NCBI GenBank assembly: GCA_010356995.1
Contig: ML996707.1
Location: 62,001-126,000, forward strand
DNA: 64,000 nucleotides
Source: Trichodelitschia bisporula
Taxonomy: Eukaryota
Direction of reading: 5' to 3'
The notes under the pieces were generated by a model. The model did not search any database. It saw only the letters and a list, made by a program, of their open reading frames with translations, and was not told the origin of the DNA. Both the position numbers and the translations under genes were made by a program. Positions 1-12,244 of the stretch are shown here, piece after piece (position 1 is the first letter of the stretch; each line of letters starts with the position of its first letter).

Positions 1-82
1 CAACGTCTTTGATGAGGTCGCGGAGGATGAACGAGCCGGTCGCGAGGGACGTGGTGGTGGGTGCGTCAGGCGGCCCAGACAT
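1..82 (-). CDS. 5' end of a gene running off the window (MSGPPDAPTTTSLATGSFILRDLIKDV...), possibly Vps3/TGFBRAP1-like CNH-domain protein
   Basis: ATG at 82-80 with good context (CACAAAATG) and open frame to the window edge; 'GSFILRDLIKDV' resembles the N-terminus of fungal Vps3-like proteins from memory; only 27 codons visible. Confidence 0.3.
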   Translation of the reverse strand, partial: MSGPPDAPTTTSLATGSFILRDLIKDV

Positions 83-391
83 TTTGTGGGATCAGATTAG
101 AGATTAGAAAAGCAGCCATCATCCATGGCCACCGTAAATGTTGATATGGGGTGAATGAAGGCGCGAATTAAGGTGCGCCTGAATGGGGAGGGAGTGAGTT
201 GAATGTGCTACTGTATACTGCCTGTGAAGCTCGTTCGCGGCGAGGCGCGGCTCCGGCGCTTACCCCCAAGCCTCCCCGTCGCTGAGCTCTGCTCGTGTAC
301 CCAAGCTCCTCGAAACACCGTTGCAACATCGGCACCGCCCGTCCGGCCACTACTACCGTCTCTACTATCCTCTTCGATCAGCTGAATCACC

Positions 392-2698
392 ATGGACGCC
401 GCGGCGGATCCATCACAGGATGCCCGCGAATCGCAGCCCCCGCGGGACTCACAGGACGAGGAGAACAAGTTCCAGAAGGCTATTGCGGCTTGGAGAAGTC
501 GGTGCTGCCATCCAACACGTTTCTTCAGTGCTAACAGTGACAGACATTGACCTATCGTCCCTCATTCCTACCCTCGATACCGCTGCCGCCGACCTCGTAG
601 CACACCAGCGCGATGCGCTTGTACAGCGCAAGGACCTCGCGCAGAAGACGAAAGACTTTCGCAAACTGGACGACGCGGGCAAGCTTGGTGAGATCAAGGG
701 TATATTAAAAGGTACGCCGCTTCCGTGGTATGCCGCAGCTACCACATTGTCCGCACACCGTCCTTCAGTCCGCACCGTCTGCATCGTTTTCTCACTGACC
801 CCTCCAGCCTACCAGACGTACATCGATCTCATCACGAACCAGTCCAAGTCGATCCATAGCGCCTTCCTTCAGGTCTACTCTCCCCTCTCTGAGGCTCCCG
901 ACCCATACCCCCTCCTCGAAGCGTCAATTGATTCGCTCGTCACCGCCGAAGAGACGCTCCCCAAGGTCGTTGAGGAGAACCAGCAGCTGCACCGCTCCGT
1001 CACCAAGCTGAGCACCCAGCTCGAGGAAACCGAGGCTCGGCTTGAGCAAGAGCGCGACGCCCGTCAGACCCTCGAAGCGTCCCGCGACGAGAAGATCAAA
1101 GGCGTCGAGGCCACCTGGACCGCCGTCATCACCGAAAAGCAGAACAACTGGGAGGCCAAGGAGAAGGCGCTGGAAGAAAAGATCGAGAATCAGGATCACC
1201 TGCTCAAGGAACTCAAGGCCACGTACGAGGTCTCGCAGCGGCTTAGTAAGAGCGACGAAGATGACGCGCGATATGGCGCGACCGCCGCCGAGCTCGAGCT
1301 CGTGAACTCGGAGCTAGAGCGCGCGAACATGCGCCTCGCAGAGGTCGAGGCCCGCAACGAGCAGCTGCGGCTCGAGCTCGCGCAGTCTGCTTCAAACACG
1401 GCGACCGTTCGAGTTGACGAGGACCCCGCCTTCATGCGACTGCAGTCCGAGAACTCGTCGTTGCTCCGCAAACTCGACACGGCGCGCATTGAGAAAGCCG
1501 GCGAGATGCGCAAGTGGGAAAGTACGATGCAGAGCCTGAAGCGCGAGGTACAGACGCTCAAGGCGGACCGCGACGCCATGCGCGAGAAGCTAACGCAGTG
1601 GGGCGACTACGAGAGCGTGAAGCAGGAGCTCGAGGTCTTGAAGGTTGGTTTCTCCCATTCCTCCACTCCGCCATCGTTCCACTAACGACACAGTCCATCG
1701 AGTTTGCCACGGGCGACGACGAGCCCCTCCCCAACGGCTCGACCGAGAGTCTCGAGCAGCTCCTGCTCGCACGCAACAAGAAGCTCGGCAACGAGCTCAC
1801 CATCTTGCGTGTTTCCCACCAGGATCTGCAGAGCCGGCTCGAGACGCTCCAGGACGAACTCTCGGCCACCAACATGGAGCTTGAAAAGTCGCGCAACCTC
1901 GCGGCGACGCTCGAGTCGGACCTCGAAAAGGTGCAGCAGGAGGCGGCGCACGTCTTTCCGGCCATGTCCGTCGCCGGTACACACGTCTCACGGTACCCCC
2001 ACTCCTCTGCTCGCCGCCCGCGTGCGGCCTCGCCGACGTCGTCGATCATCTCCGGGTTTGACCCGCACCACGCCGGCACGCCAATAGACGTGCTGCGCTC
2101 CGGCGAGCCCGTCGGTGGTGGATCCGGCATCTTGCCGATGGTCGCCGCCCAGCGCGACCGCTTCAAGAATAAAAACACAGAGCTCGAGACGGAGCTTCAA
2201 AAGGCGCATGAGTCGGTGCAGTCGCTGCGGTCGGAGATTGCGTCACTGCAGAAAGATAACCTCAATCTGTACGAGAAGACGCGCTATGTGTCAACGTACG
2301 CGCGCAACCAACCGGCCACGTCGTCATCGGCGTACGCGGCGGCGCCCACACACACGTCCGTCAATGTCGGTAGCGCAGACACCGACGACCGGTACCGCTC
2401 CGCCTATGAGGCCAACATCCTACCTTTTGCCGCGTTCCGTGGCCGCGAGAGCGCACGTGCGTTCAAGCGGATGGGCGTGTTGGAACGCGGCGTGTTTCAA
2501 ATCACGCGACTGGTGCTGGCTACACGCGCGAGCCGTAATCTGTTTGCCTTGTACTGTGTTGGCCTGCATCTGCTGGTAATGGTAATGCTGTACACAACGG
2601 GCAGTGGTCATGCCGTGCGCTCAGTAAGCAGTGCGGGAAAGATGGCCAGCTCGCGTGGTGGAGCTGAGCAGGGCACCGACTTTGTAGAGTACGACTAG
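392..2698 (+). CDS. COY1: Golgi coiled-coil membrane protein Coy1/CASP; introns 498-543, 712-807, 1644-1693
   Basis: Spliced product has ENKFQKAIAAWR, QRKDLAQKTKDFRKL, APDPYPLL, long coiled coil, QRDRFK...LQKDNLNLYEKTRY and a C-terminal TM helix (FALYCVGLHLLV) with the conserved Y/H; GT-AG introns with CTRAC branch points. Confidence 0.92.
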
Positions 2699-3502
2699 CA
2701 TGGGATGGCGCTGGAAGGTGTACGGGTAGTATATTGGTGTTTTGGTCTGTTTCTATGGGATCTGCTGCTATGGGGTTCGACTGGCTATGGGTTTTTGGCT
2801 GGCTATGGTGTTCGGCTGGTTATCTGCACCCTCGTGATACGGGCGTTGATTGAGCGTGACCTCATCTACAGTAAACGGCTTCGGTACTATTCCGTAGCTT
2901 CGCTGAATTGAGAACTATGGGATCCGTACACTTCCGATTCCTGATGCTTCTGCCATCCGTCAATCGCAGCTATTCTTTAGTATTTCTCATCGTCCTGATC
3001 TTCTTTCTCTTTGATGAGGTAAGGTTACTGTAAATGTTGTTGTAAAAAGCGATAAAGACGTTGAGCCTCCAACATCCAAGTCCACCATGCACAGCCATTC
3101 CCCTCGCTAACTCCCTCCAAGCTGGGGTGGTCCGGACGGCTACCTGCCGCTAAGCCCGCTGATTGGCTGGCCTTATGCAACCGCGACTTCAAGCCACTTG
3201 GCTGCAAGAAGCGGCGAATAAATGCTATCAGAAAGGCCACATGTCCTCACATCACGAACCCTACAAGACGCGCTACGGTCTTCACTGCTTCAGTGTCAGC
3301 ATTTTCTCCATCTTGTTGCATCTCTCCTTAGCATTCTCTTGAGTATCCCCTTCCCACGAGCTCGCGGCGCTCTCCTCGCTTCTCAAAACGCCGCGAGTAC
3401 CTTACGACGACCGCAACCACCCTCACGAAACCCCACAACCAACACTCCCAGAAGAACCTCTGTCGCTTGACCACTCGCTGCGGCACCCTTCACCCCCATA
3501 CA

Positions 3503-6500
3503 ATGGCCCGCCCAGGCCGCCGGCGCTCGCCCGCCTTCTGGGCCGCCCTCCTTCTCGCCTCGCTTCAGCTCGCCGCCGCCTCCGCCGTGCTCGGCATCGA
3601 CCTCGGAACGGAGTACATCAAGGCCGTACTCGTTAAGCCGGGCATCCCCCTAGAGATTGTGCTCTCGAAAGACTCAAAACGCAAAGAGGCAGCCGTCGTC
3701 GGGTTCAAGCCGCAGAAGGAGCCGGCCAAAGGGACGTTCCCCGAGCGCCTGTATGGCGGCGACGCGCTCGCGCTCACCGGACGCTTTCCTGGAGAGATTT
3801 TCCCGAACCTTAAGCCGCTCCTGGGCATGCACCGTGACGCCCCGGCCGTCCAAACTTACCTTAACACATATCCTCTCGTCGACATCACCGCCTCCCCCCG
3901 CGGCTCTGTCGCCATCCGCAGCGCTGCCTTCCACGTAGATGAAGAGCCATGGAGCGTTGAGGAGCTGCTCGCAATGGAACTGAAGAACGTGCGAGAGAAC
4001 GCGCAAACGTTGGCCGGGCCGCACCGTGTTGAGAACGCCGTCTTCACCGTGCCGCCCTTTTGGACTAGCGAAGAGCGCCGCGCGCTTGAGCTCGCCGCCG
4101 ACCTCGCCGGCCTCAAGGTGCTCGGCGTCGTCAACGATGGCCTCGCCGTCGGTATCAACTACGCTACTGGTCACACGTTCGACAAGCCAGAGTACCACCT
4201 CGTCTTCGACATGGGCGCCGGCTCGACCACCGCTACTGTCCTGCGCATGCAGGCCCGCACCGTTAAGGATGTCGGTAAGTACAACAAGACTATCCAGGAA
4301 GTCAAAGTTCTCGGCACCGGTTGGGATAAGACTCTCGGCGGCGATGCGCTCAACGGCGTCATCGCCGACAGTGTCGTCAACTCGTACATGGATATGGTGT
4401 ATGCGGCTTTCGTCAAGACCCCGAACCCAGACGGACTTAATATCGACTTCAACGACATCCGTCGCCACGGCCGCACGGCCGCCCGCCTTTGGCGTGAAGC
4501 CGAGAAAATTCGCCAGGTGCTCAGCGCGAATACACAGACCAGCACCAACTTTGAGGAGCTGCACGACGAGAAGGACTTGCGCTACAAGCTCACACGCACG
4601 CAGTTCGAGCACCTTGCGCGCAAGATTGCGCCACGCGTCGACGCGCCCATTCAGGCCGCGCTGAAGGCAGCGAACCTCACCTTTGCCGACATTAACTCGG
4701 TCATCCTCCACGGTGGCGCGACGCGGACGCCTTTTGTGCAGAAGCGGCTCGAGGATCTGGTGGGAGACGTGGCCAAGCTGCGTAGCAACGTCAACGCCGA
4801 CGAGGCAGCCGTGTTTGGCGCGGCGTTCAAGGCTGCGGGGCTGAGCCCGAGCTTCCGTGTCAAGGAGATCCGCGACTACGACGCGGCCATCTACCCCGTG
4901 TACGCGAACTGGACTACTGACGGCAAGGAGCGCAGCCAGCGGCTGTTCACGGCCACTTCGGTGCTCGGACGCACGAAGCAGGTGCCATTCAAGAACCTCG
5001 ACGACTTTGCATTCAAGCTATGGCAGGTTGTGCCGAAGGAGGAGGACGTTCCGGAGGTGCCAGTCCCAGCTCTGGAAATCCAAACTACGAACCTAACGGC
5101 ATCGGTTGACGCGCTCGTTGAGAAAGGTTGCAAGAGGGAGGAGGTCAGCACCAAGTTCTACATCCGCCTCAATCCGCTTCTGGGCCTTCCGGAGGTGACG
5201 CGCGGCACCGTGAGCTGCGAGATCGAAGTGGCTGACAAGAAGGGCGTGGTCGACGGAGTCAAGGACTTTCTGTTCGGCAAAAAGGACGGCGAGCAGGAAG
5301 TCCTGAAGGAATCATCGTCTTCGTCAAGCTCTAGCTCCTCGTCCAGCTCTTCTTCTTCCTCCAGCTCCTCCGGCTCCTCGTCCAGCTCCTCGTCTTCGTC
5401 CGCAGCAGATGCTAAGTCGACTGCTGCAGCAACTAAGAAGAAGACCGAGGTCATCCAGGTCAGCTTCACTTCCACGCTTACCGGTACACCCGAGGTCCCT
5501 GCCATGGAGAAGGCACGCATGAAGATGAGGTTTGTGCTTTCCCTTTCCCTAATCCCCTTGCTAACCCCTCAACCCCAGGCTCGCCGCGTTCGACGCCTCG
5601 GACCTAGCTCGCCGGAGCCGCGAGGAGCACCTCAACAACCTCGAAGCCTTCACATACAAGGCGCGCGACCTGTTAGACACTGAGTCCTTCGTTGCGCACT
5701 CCACTGCCGCCACACGTGCCGCCGTTCAGGAGAAGCTCACGGAGACGAGCGAGTGGCTGTCCGAGGCCGGCGGCGACGCCACGGCCGACGTGCTCAAGGC
5801 CAAGCTCGCGGACCTCAAGGCGCTCGCTGACCCCGTGGTTCGGCGCCGCGACGAGGCGCGGCAGCGTCCAGACGCGATCAAGGCGCTCGAGGACGCGCTC
5901 GATCAAACCGAAAAGCTCGAGGACATGATTCGGCAGAGCATGGGTCAGAATGAGAAGCTCAAGGCCGCGGCGGAGGAAGCAAAGGCAAAGGCGGCGTCGG
6001 CGAGCGCGAGCGCGAGCGCGGACCCCCTGGCTGAGCTAGAGGAGGATGTTTCGGCGACGGTGGACGGCACCGCGGTGCCCACGGACGAGGTGAAAAATCT
6101 CGAGTCGCCGTACGATGAGACGGACCTCAAGGAGATTGCGGCGCTGCGTACAGGGGCTAAGGAGTGGCTGGATGCGAAGCGCAAGGAGCAGGCCAAGGTG
6201 GCCGAGACGGAGGATCCGGCGGTGAAGGTTAGCGAGCTGAAGGCGAAGACGCAACGGCTCAGCGATGCTGTCATGGAGTTGTTCCAGAAGAAGTTGCGGC
6301 AGGAGAAGGCGGAAAAGGAGCGCGAGAAGAAGGCCAAGATGGCGGAGAAGAAGGCGAAAGCAGCGAAGAAGGCCAAGGCGAAGAAGGAGAAGAAGGACGA
6401 GAACAAGACAGACGCGAAGGACGCGAAGGACGCGAAGGAGGAGGTTGTGTTTGAAGACGTGTCCAGCTCGTCATCGAGCTCCTCTACCGCTGGGTCTCCA

Positions 6501-6539
6501 GCAGAGGCAGAGGCATCACGGAAGAGGGATGAATTGTAG
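3503..6539 (+). CDS. LHS1: ER lumenal Hsp70-family nucleotide exchange factor Lhs1/GRP170/HYOU1; intron 5530-5578
   Basis: Signal peptide, GIDLGTEY, VFDMGAGST, ILHGGATRTP, NVNADEAAVFGA motifs; splicing joins the frames (RLAAFDASD); C-terminal RDEL ER-retention signal. Confidence 0.95.
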
Positions 6540-7460
6540 ATGTTTTGGATGCATATAGATAACGCTGTGAAGCTTGAACTTGGGTTACGCTACCTCCGTA
6601 CTCTGCGCCCTGTTGTGCTTCTCTTCGCCCACGACCTCATGTTCATCTATTCTGCAACTTTCCTTGAATCACCTGCACCATGCCCAGCTGTGGCGAATAT
6701 CATGGCGACGTACCGTAGAACGGTATCTTCCGTCGGCGCTAGCTCCGGGTCCGCGAATATGCAAAACGCAGGCGGTGGCGGCCAGTGCGTCTAGCGCCCC
6801 ACCCCCGCATCTTCATCCGTCCCGGTATCCGCCGATCAGCACTTTTAGCCTCATCTCTCCCCCTTCGCTCGCATTGCCGCAGGCTCAGCGGTGAGCGTGC
6901 ACACTATCGCGATGTATCAATGGCCCGTTATCCACGCAGCTCTCGTCCCATGATGCGATGGTCGCGCTTGGATCCCTGTCGGCTTGGCGTACTACCCACG
7001 GCACCGAATTCTCCGATTGGCGTGCTGATGGGGGTAGCGGCGGCCTGCGTCACCCTGCAGCGGAAGAAGGCGCCACCCACAACCACGAGCCCCACTCCGA
7101 TGGTCGGTCCGAGCAACCACTAGTCACTTACGGGTGGACAACGGACCTTCTACGGTAGTTCTATCGTGGGGAACTCCATCGGAGCAGCACTGAACTTCGT
7201 CTCATGCTGCTGAATCTCTGATCGCTGCGAACTCCAATTATCTATCTTCCATCAACACTCTTCTCTTCTGCGCTCTGTGCCCCTACACCTACGCCCTGGG
7301 TGTAACACACCTGCGTCAAGACGCGTCATTAATCAACGAGGCTGCGTCGCTCATCGCGCCTGCACCCGTCCCACCGTCCAGGAATCTCACTATCATCAAC
7401 CGCCGACGATCTCACCATCCCAACCTCACAACAACCTCGCTGCCTCCTCCAACCACAGCC

Positions 7461-8219
7461 ATGTCCACCGAATTCATCTCCTTCCAACCTGCCCCGGGCA
7501 AGGCCCTGGAAGCCTACGACCCCACTCTCCCTCCGACCGCCCAACCCTCCACCGTCCCACCCATCTTTCTCGAAGCCATGGCCGTCCGTACCGCCGTCTT
7601 CGTCGAAGAACAACACGTCCCCGCCACCCACGAGCTAGATGCCGACGACGCCCGCTCCTACCACTGGGTCGTCTACGCCAGCGTCGGTGTCAGCAGCAGT
7701 ACCCAGCCCCCGCCTTCCTTCCCGAATGCCGGGTCGAGCACAACTCCGTCCCCCTCGTCGGTCCGGCCCCGCATCGGCCGCCAGCGCTCTGCGAGCACCG
7801 CCTCCCGCCTCCCCGTCGGCACCATCCGGCTCGTTCCCCCTCCGCACGCAAACCACGGCGAGGGGCCCGTACGCCCCCACTCGAGCCAGCCTTACGTCAA
7901 GCTTGGCCGGTTGGCGGTGCTGAAGCCGTACCGTGGGCTCGGGTTGTCGCGTCTGCTCGTCCAGGCGGCGGTGGAGTGGGCTCGGCGCCATCCGAGGGAG
8001 ATTTTGGTGCCTCCGACGCCGGCGGAGGTTGAAGCGATGCGGCTTGAGGGCAAGGAGGAGCCGGGTCGCTGGGAGGGGAAGGTGGTGGTGCATGCCCAGG
8101 TGGGCGTGCAGAAGGTGTGGGAGCGTATGGGCTTCGTGAGGGATGAGGGGATGGGGGTTTGGGTTGAGGAGGGCATAGAGCATGTTGGGATGTGGAAGAA
8201 TGTCGGCATTGTGGAGTAA
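7461..8219 (+). CDS. GNAT-family (ElaA/YjcF-like) acetyltransferase
   Basis: VRTAVFVEEQ, PVGTIRL, KLGRLAVLKPYRGLGLS (acetyl-CoA motif A), HAQ...WERMGF, EEGIEHVGM. Confidence 0.88.
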   Translation: MSTEFISFQPAPGKALEAYDPTLPPTAQPSTVPPIFLEAMAVRTAVFVEEQHVPATHELDADDARSYHWVVYASVGVSSSTQPPPSFPNAGSSTTPSPSSVRPRIGRQRSASTASRLPVGTIRLVPPPHANHGEGPVRPHSSQPYVKLGRLAVLKPYRGLGLSRLLVQAAVEWARRHPREILVPPTPAEVEAMRLEGKEEPGRWEGKVVVHAQVGVQKVWERMGFVRDEGMGVWVEEGIEHVGMWKNVGIVE

Positions 8220-8294
8220 GCATGGGCCATTGCTCTGCCAGATGGTAACGACGAGGCCTGCCATCGGCGTCAAGCTTTTCCTTTTTCACACGAT

Positions 8295-8394
8295 GGAGTT
8301 GAGGGCATAGACACGGCATTCACGAGTAATGACGCCTTTTTTGCTTTACGGAGTTGAGGGCATAAAGAGTTAGGCGCGGCATTCACGAGTAATG
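8295..8394. repeat. Imperfect direct repeat (two copies of GGAGTTGAGGGCATA...CGGCATTCACGAGTAATG) downstream of the GNAT gene
   Basis: 15-mer at 8295 and 8350; 18-mer at 8314 and 8377. Confidence 0.85.
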
Positions 8395-9629
8395 GCACTT
8401 TTATAATGCTTACCTCCTTGCATGTACCTTGTGATGTAGACATGGAACGAGCATTGTTATGTCAAGGAGGGGCGTATGATGTAATGCGAGCATAATAGAA
8501 GGAAGGAGCAAGGGAAGATACTTGGCATCACGTATTCAAGTCTCTTCCTCTCTTCCTCTGTTCGCCTTCTACATCAATCTTCAGTATTGCAGTCGCCTTT
8601 GCGCGAAATGAGCTCCGCTCCCATCACCTCGGTGTTCCTCTTTTCGTTAGCACTAATTTATCTCCTCCGGGTGGGACATACTTTCATATAAGTATTCAAA
8701 GACATTGGTGTGAGGGGTCCACAGCAATCACTGTGAACAGGGTGTGGGTTTAACAAGCAATGATTGTAAAGGGAGAAAGTGGGTAGTCTAGGAGAGGTGA
8801 ATATATCTGGGGCTTGCTTAGCGAGGTGCCAAGCCCCACCACCTCCTACCATCTCTACTCCTTCAGGCTTAGATCCATGACAATTGGCAGATGGCGCCTT
8901 TGAACATGCCGGACACCAAACGTCTAGATATCCACCTTCTAGAGCTGCACCTTTACAATCCAATCACTTCTGACGCAATCTCTACGATTTTCTGAGCTAT
9001 TGAACACTCTGGCGGTCTAAGGTCTGGTAGAAAAAGCCGTGGGACATCCCCATATATATGCGTGCATAGCTCATTGCAAGGCAGTGCTATCAAGGAGAAC
9101 CGAGCTAGTTTTTCGACGAGCTGCTTCCTACATCGAGTACAACTTGCAACATATTTGGATCTGGGCAGCTAGTTTTTTTTTAACACTTCGTCCGGCCTGT
9201 TCACTTCCCATATAGCTAAATGAATGACTATGCACAACGAGGCGGGGTGCTCCGACATTTTCCGCCAGCCATAAGTCGTTCCCCGGGCTGCCACTAGTTC
9301 TAGCATCAATTTCAAAGATGGTCCAGCCGGTGGTATCGCAAGGGCTACCTGAAAAAAACTGTAGGCGCATTCCCATAAAGTTATAGCCGCCCCTAGCTGA
9401 TGCATTTGCTGCATAAGGGAGCAGAGACTATCAGGGAGGCTGCTACGACTTTTCCAGGTCGCCCCTAGCGGCATATGACACGGACTGGGGTCCGCTTCCC
9501 TCGACGTCGAGTCACAACGACTCCCATGGCTTCTTGGGTGCGGTTTATGCCTCGACTCAATGCACAATACTCCCCGAAACCTCCACATCCAGCATTCCTA
9601 CCACTGTCACTAACACCCTAACCGTCATA

Positions 9630-11330
9630 ATGGCGAACTCACCTCCTTCATCTAATGCCGCAAAGCTCTCTGACTCCACCGCGGCGCCAAACCCGTTTGA
9701 TGTCCGCAGGCTACCCAACGAAATCATAACTCTCGTCGCTCTCCACGCTCTCAATGGAAACCCCCGCACAGTGTACAGCCTTATGCTTACTTGCACGCGC
9801 TTCTACCCGTCGTGTGAACGCATCCTCTACCGGCGTGTGCAGCTCACTGCTCCAAACCAACTCCGGGATATCAAATTCACGGAACGCCTCGCCACGCGCC
9901 CCGATCTCGCCTGCGCCGTCCGCGAGCTATCTCTCGCGCTCTACAGCGCAGCCAAGTGGTATGAAGACCCGGCATTCAGCACCTGGAAGTCGCGCTTCAT
10001 TGAGCTGGCTGATGAATACGGCCTCAGCGAGGAGTTGAATCTCGAAGCGCTAACATGGCTGTATTGGGACGGGGTTGGGCCACTGTTCTTCGCTCCAGGG
10101 CTGACAGCACTGAAAATCGTGGAGCGGGGACATTGGAAGGGGGATTTTAGCTCTATTTCAACAATGGAGGCTGTCGGCAAACTGCTAGCCATGAGTCTCA
10201 AGTACCATCAGCGAACCGCCATTCTCAAGCCTTTTCCGTTGCTCAACCTCAAAACTTTGCACATTGCGTCGTCGAAGGTTCTTCCTTTTGTGCGGAGCGC
10301 AGAATTCCTTAAGCTACCACGTCTATGCATGTTGGAGCTAGAACTAAACAGCGCAAGCCCGGAGAGAGGAATGTCCGAGCCTGAACCGGACTACGCCTAC
10401 CTAGCGGCTATGGCGGGAACATCGGCACTACAGAATTTACGTCTTGTCGTCATCGCACCCAGCTTCTCCCCCACTTTTGTATACCACCTGCTGCGCACCA
10501 GCGCACGCGGGATTCGTGGCTTCGAGCTGCTCTCTGGACGCCGGGGAAAGTTCCGCGCCTCTACGCACCGTGCGATCCAGGCAATCATCCAGCCGCATGC
10601 AGCCACATTAGAGGTGTTGAGGTTATTGTACCCGGTCATGGCCGAGGATTGGAGGGCAGCCGAATACACGCGACATGATATGATCTTCCCCATGTATATG
10701 AATCCTGTGTGGGCCCCAACGCCGGAGTGGCTCGCTATATGTGAGAAATGGGTACCCAGTGAGTGCAGGCGGGTTGATCTTAGGACATTTGGGATGTTGA
10801 GCACGTTTGAATGCGACAGCTCAATCTTCAACATACCGCTGCTGGACAGTGGATTCTTCCACTTGCCGACGGATGGGCCGCCGTCCACTACGTTGCTAGA
10901 AATCGCTGCCGACTGGACGTTCTTAGCGGAAACTATTCCACCTTCGTGTCGGGAGCTTACGGTGCATTCCGCGATGCTGTTCGCAAGTCGCTGGCGATAT
11001 ACCGACACGGTTCGGTCCGAAGGGCCGACGTGCCACGACCACAGCCTGCTTGCGCTTTTTCTCCCCATTGTCGCACATCCGCCCGCGAATTTGACGGAAA
11101 TCACATTCCGCCCAGCACCGGAAGGTATTAACCAGAGTCCAACATGGGAATCTGTCAGCGCTTGGTGGCAATACATGGCCGGGAGGTTCAGGAGTCAGGG
11201 CATTAACTTCGCCATCGAGCAGTATCCGTATGAGAATCACGTTCATTTGATCCAGTATCAGTATGACTTGCCGAAGCTGAGACGAATTGGCGGTGGGTGG
11301 GACACGACGAGAGAGGCCCAGATCAAGTGA
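9630..11330 (+). CDS. Intronless F-box-like protein with degenerate LRR-like repeats
   Basis: About 566-codon ORF; LPNEIITLVA...LMLTCTRFY...ERILYRRV F-box-like motif, RPDLACAVRELSL, followed by LxxLxL repeats. Confidence 0.7.
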   Translation: MANSPPSSNAAKLSDSTAAPNPFDVRRLPNEIITLVALHALNGNPRTVYSLMLTCTRFYPSCERILYRRVQLTAPNQLRDIKFTERLATRPDLACAVRELSLALYSAAKWYEDPAFSTWKSRFIELADEYGLSEELNLEALTWLYWDGVGPLFFAPGLTALKIVERGHWKGDFSSISTMEAVGKLLAMSLKYHQRTAILKPFPLLNLKTLHIASSKVLPFVRSAEFLKLPRLCMLELELNSASPERGMSEPEPDYAYLAAMAGTSALQNLRLVVIAPSFSPTFVYHLLRTSARGIRGFELLSGRRGKFRASTHRAIQAIIQPHAATLEVLRLLYPVMAEDWRAAEYTRHDMIFPMYMNPVWAPTPEWLAICEKWVPSECRRVDLRTFGMLSTFECDSSIFNIPLLDSGFFHLPTDGPPSTTLLEIAADWTFLAETIPPSCRELTVHSAMLFASRWRYTDTVRSEGPTCHDHSLLALFLPIVAHPPANLTEITFRPAPEGINQSPTWESVSAWWQYMAGRFRSQGINFAIEQYPYENHVHLIQYQYDLPKLRRIGGGWDTTREAQIK

Positions 11331-11444
11331 AGGGTCGATTGAAAAGGCAAATGCTGGTGGTAATGGCGATGGCGGAACACGAGAGAGGCCCAGATTAAGT
11401 GAAGGATCGATTGAATAGGGAACGCTGGTGGTAATGGCGATGGT
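11307..11444. repeat. 72-bp tandem duplication spanning the F-box gene stop codon
   Basis: ACGAGAGAGGCCCAGAT(C/T)AAGTGAAGG... at 11307 and 11379. Confidence 0.9.
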
Positions 11445-11531
11445 GGTGTTCGTCCGAGTGGCATCTTTTGAATGTCGACTTGATCTCGCGGGTAGCGTTG
11501 GGCCTTCTATGTTGAAAAATCGTCAAAAACC

Positions 11532-12244
11532 CTATGATCCTTCATATGGATGTCGTTGACAATACCCCACAGGCACAGAGGTGCCCGATTTCCCCTTGTG
11601 ATTCTCATCCAGTGGCCAAGCGGCCTTGTCTCCGAACCCAGCCGTGCTAGCCCTAAAGTCAGTCCGCGAAGTCCCATCAACAACCTCGTACAAGAACCGG
11701 AAGCAGCTAGCCCTCCTCCTTAAAATAGCCTCCCTCTCCCCATCTCCCCCAGAAAGACCTTCACTTTCAACCTCCCCACCCATCCCGTACATATCCCAAT
11801 TCTTCGTAAAGCTGATGAAGAAAAAGCCCCTTCTTGCAATTGTCCTGCAGCAGCGCCGCCCCTCCCTCCCTCCATCCGCCTGCATATGCACACGGCGCGA
11901 GCACCGGGTCGACTGCCTTGCCTTGCCGCCGCTGCCGTGAGGAGACGTGCTGTCGTTGGTGCGCTTGCGACAGGCTGCGCCGCCGGGCTAGGGGGGGCTG
12001 TTAGTCAGCTGCGGGGTCGGGGTTGGACGGGATGGGCTGATTTGCGCTGGGGATGGAGGCGGTTGGATCGATGGTTGGAGGTCGGAGATGGACGCGGGAA
12101 GAGTACGTTGGAGTGAGGATGGAGGCGCGGATCGCGGGTTGCTTGGAGTTGAGGAGTTATTAGGGAGAATGTGGGGCACTGCCTTGAGAGTGGAGCTGGG
12201 GTGAGAAGGTGCGATGGCTTCATAGACCCCTTGCACGTGTTCAT
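11532..12244 (-). other. Possible orphan or degraded spliced gene, or non-coding transcript
   Basis: Branch point plus acceptor CTGACTAAC...TAG (12009-11988), gene-like C/G skew and an ORF to 11532, but no recognisable protein. Confidence 0.2.

Noticed and set aside
3150..3250. UPRE/ERSE-like elements upstream of LHS1
   Set aside because: A CCAAT box is present in reverse, but no convincing match to the HacA/Hac1 consensus
3565..5520. Long antisense ORFs opposite LHS1 (and likewise opposite APE3, DUS1, PRP18, SAP18, PAP1)
   Set aside because: Shadow ORFs caused by high GC and codon bias; no recognisable motifs
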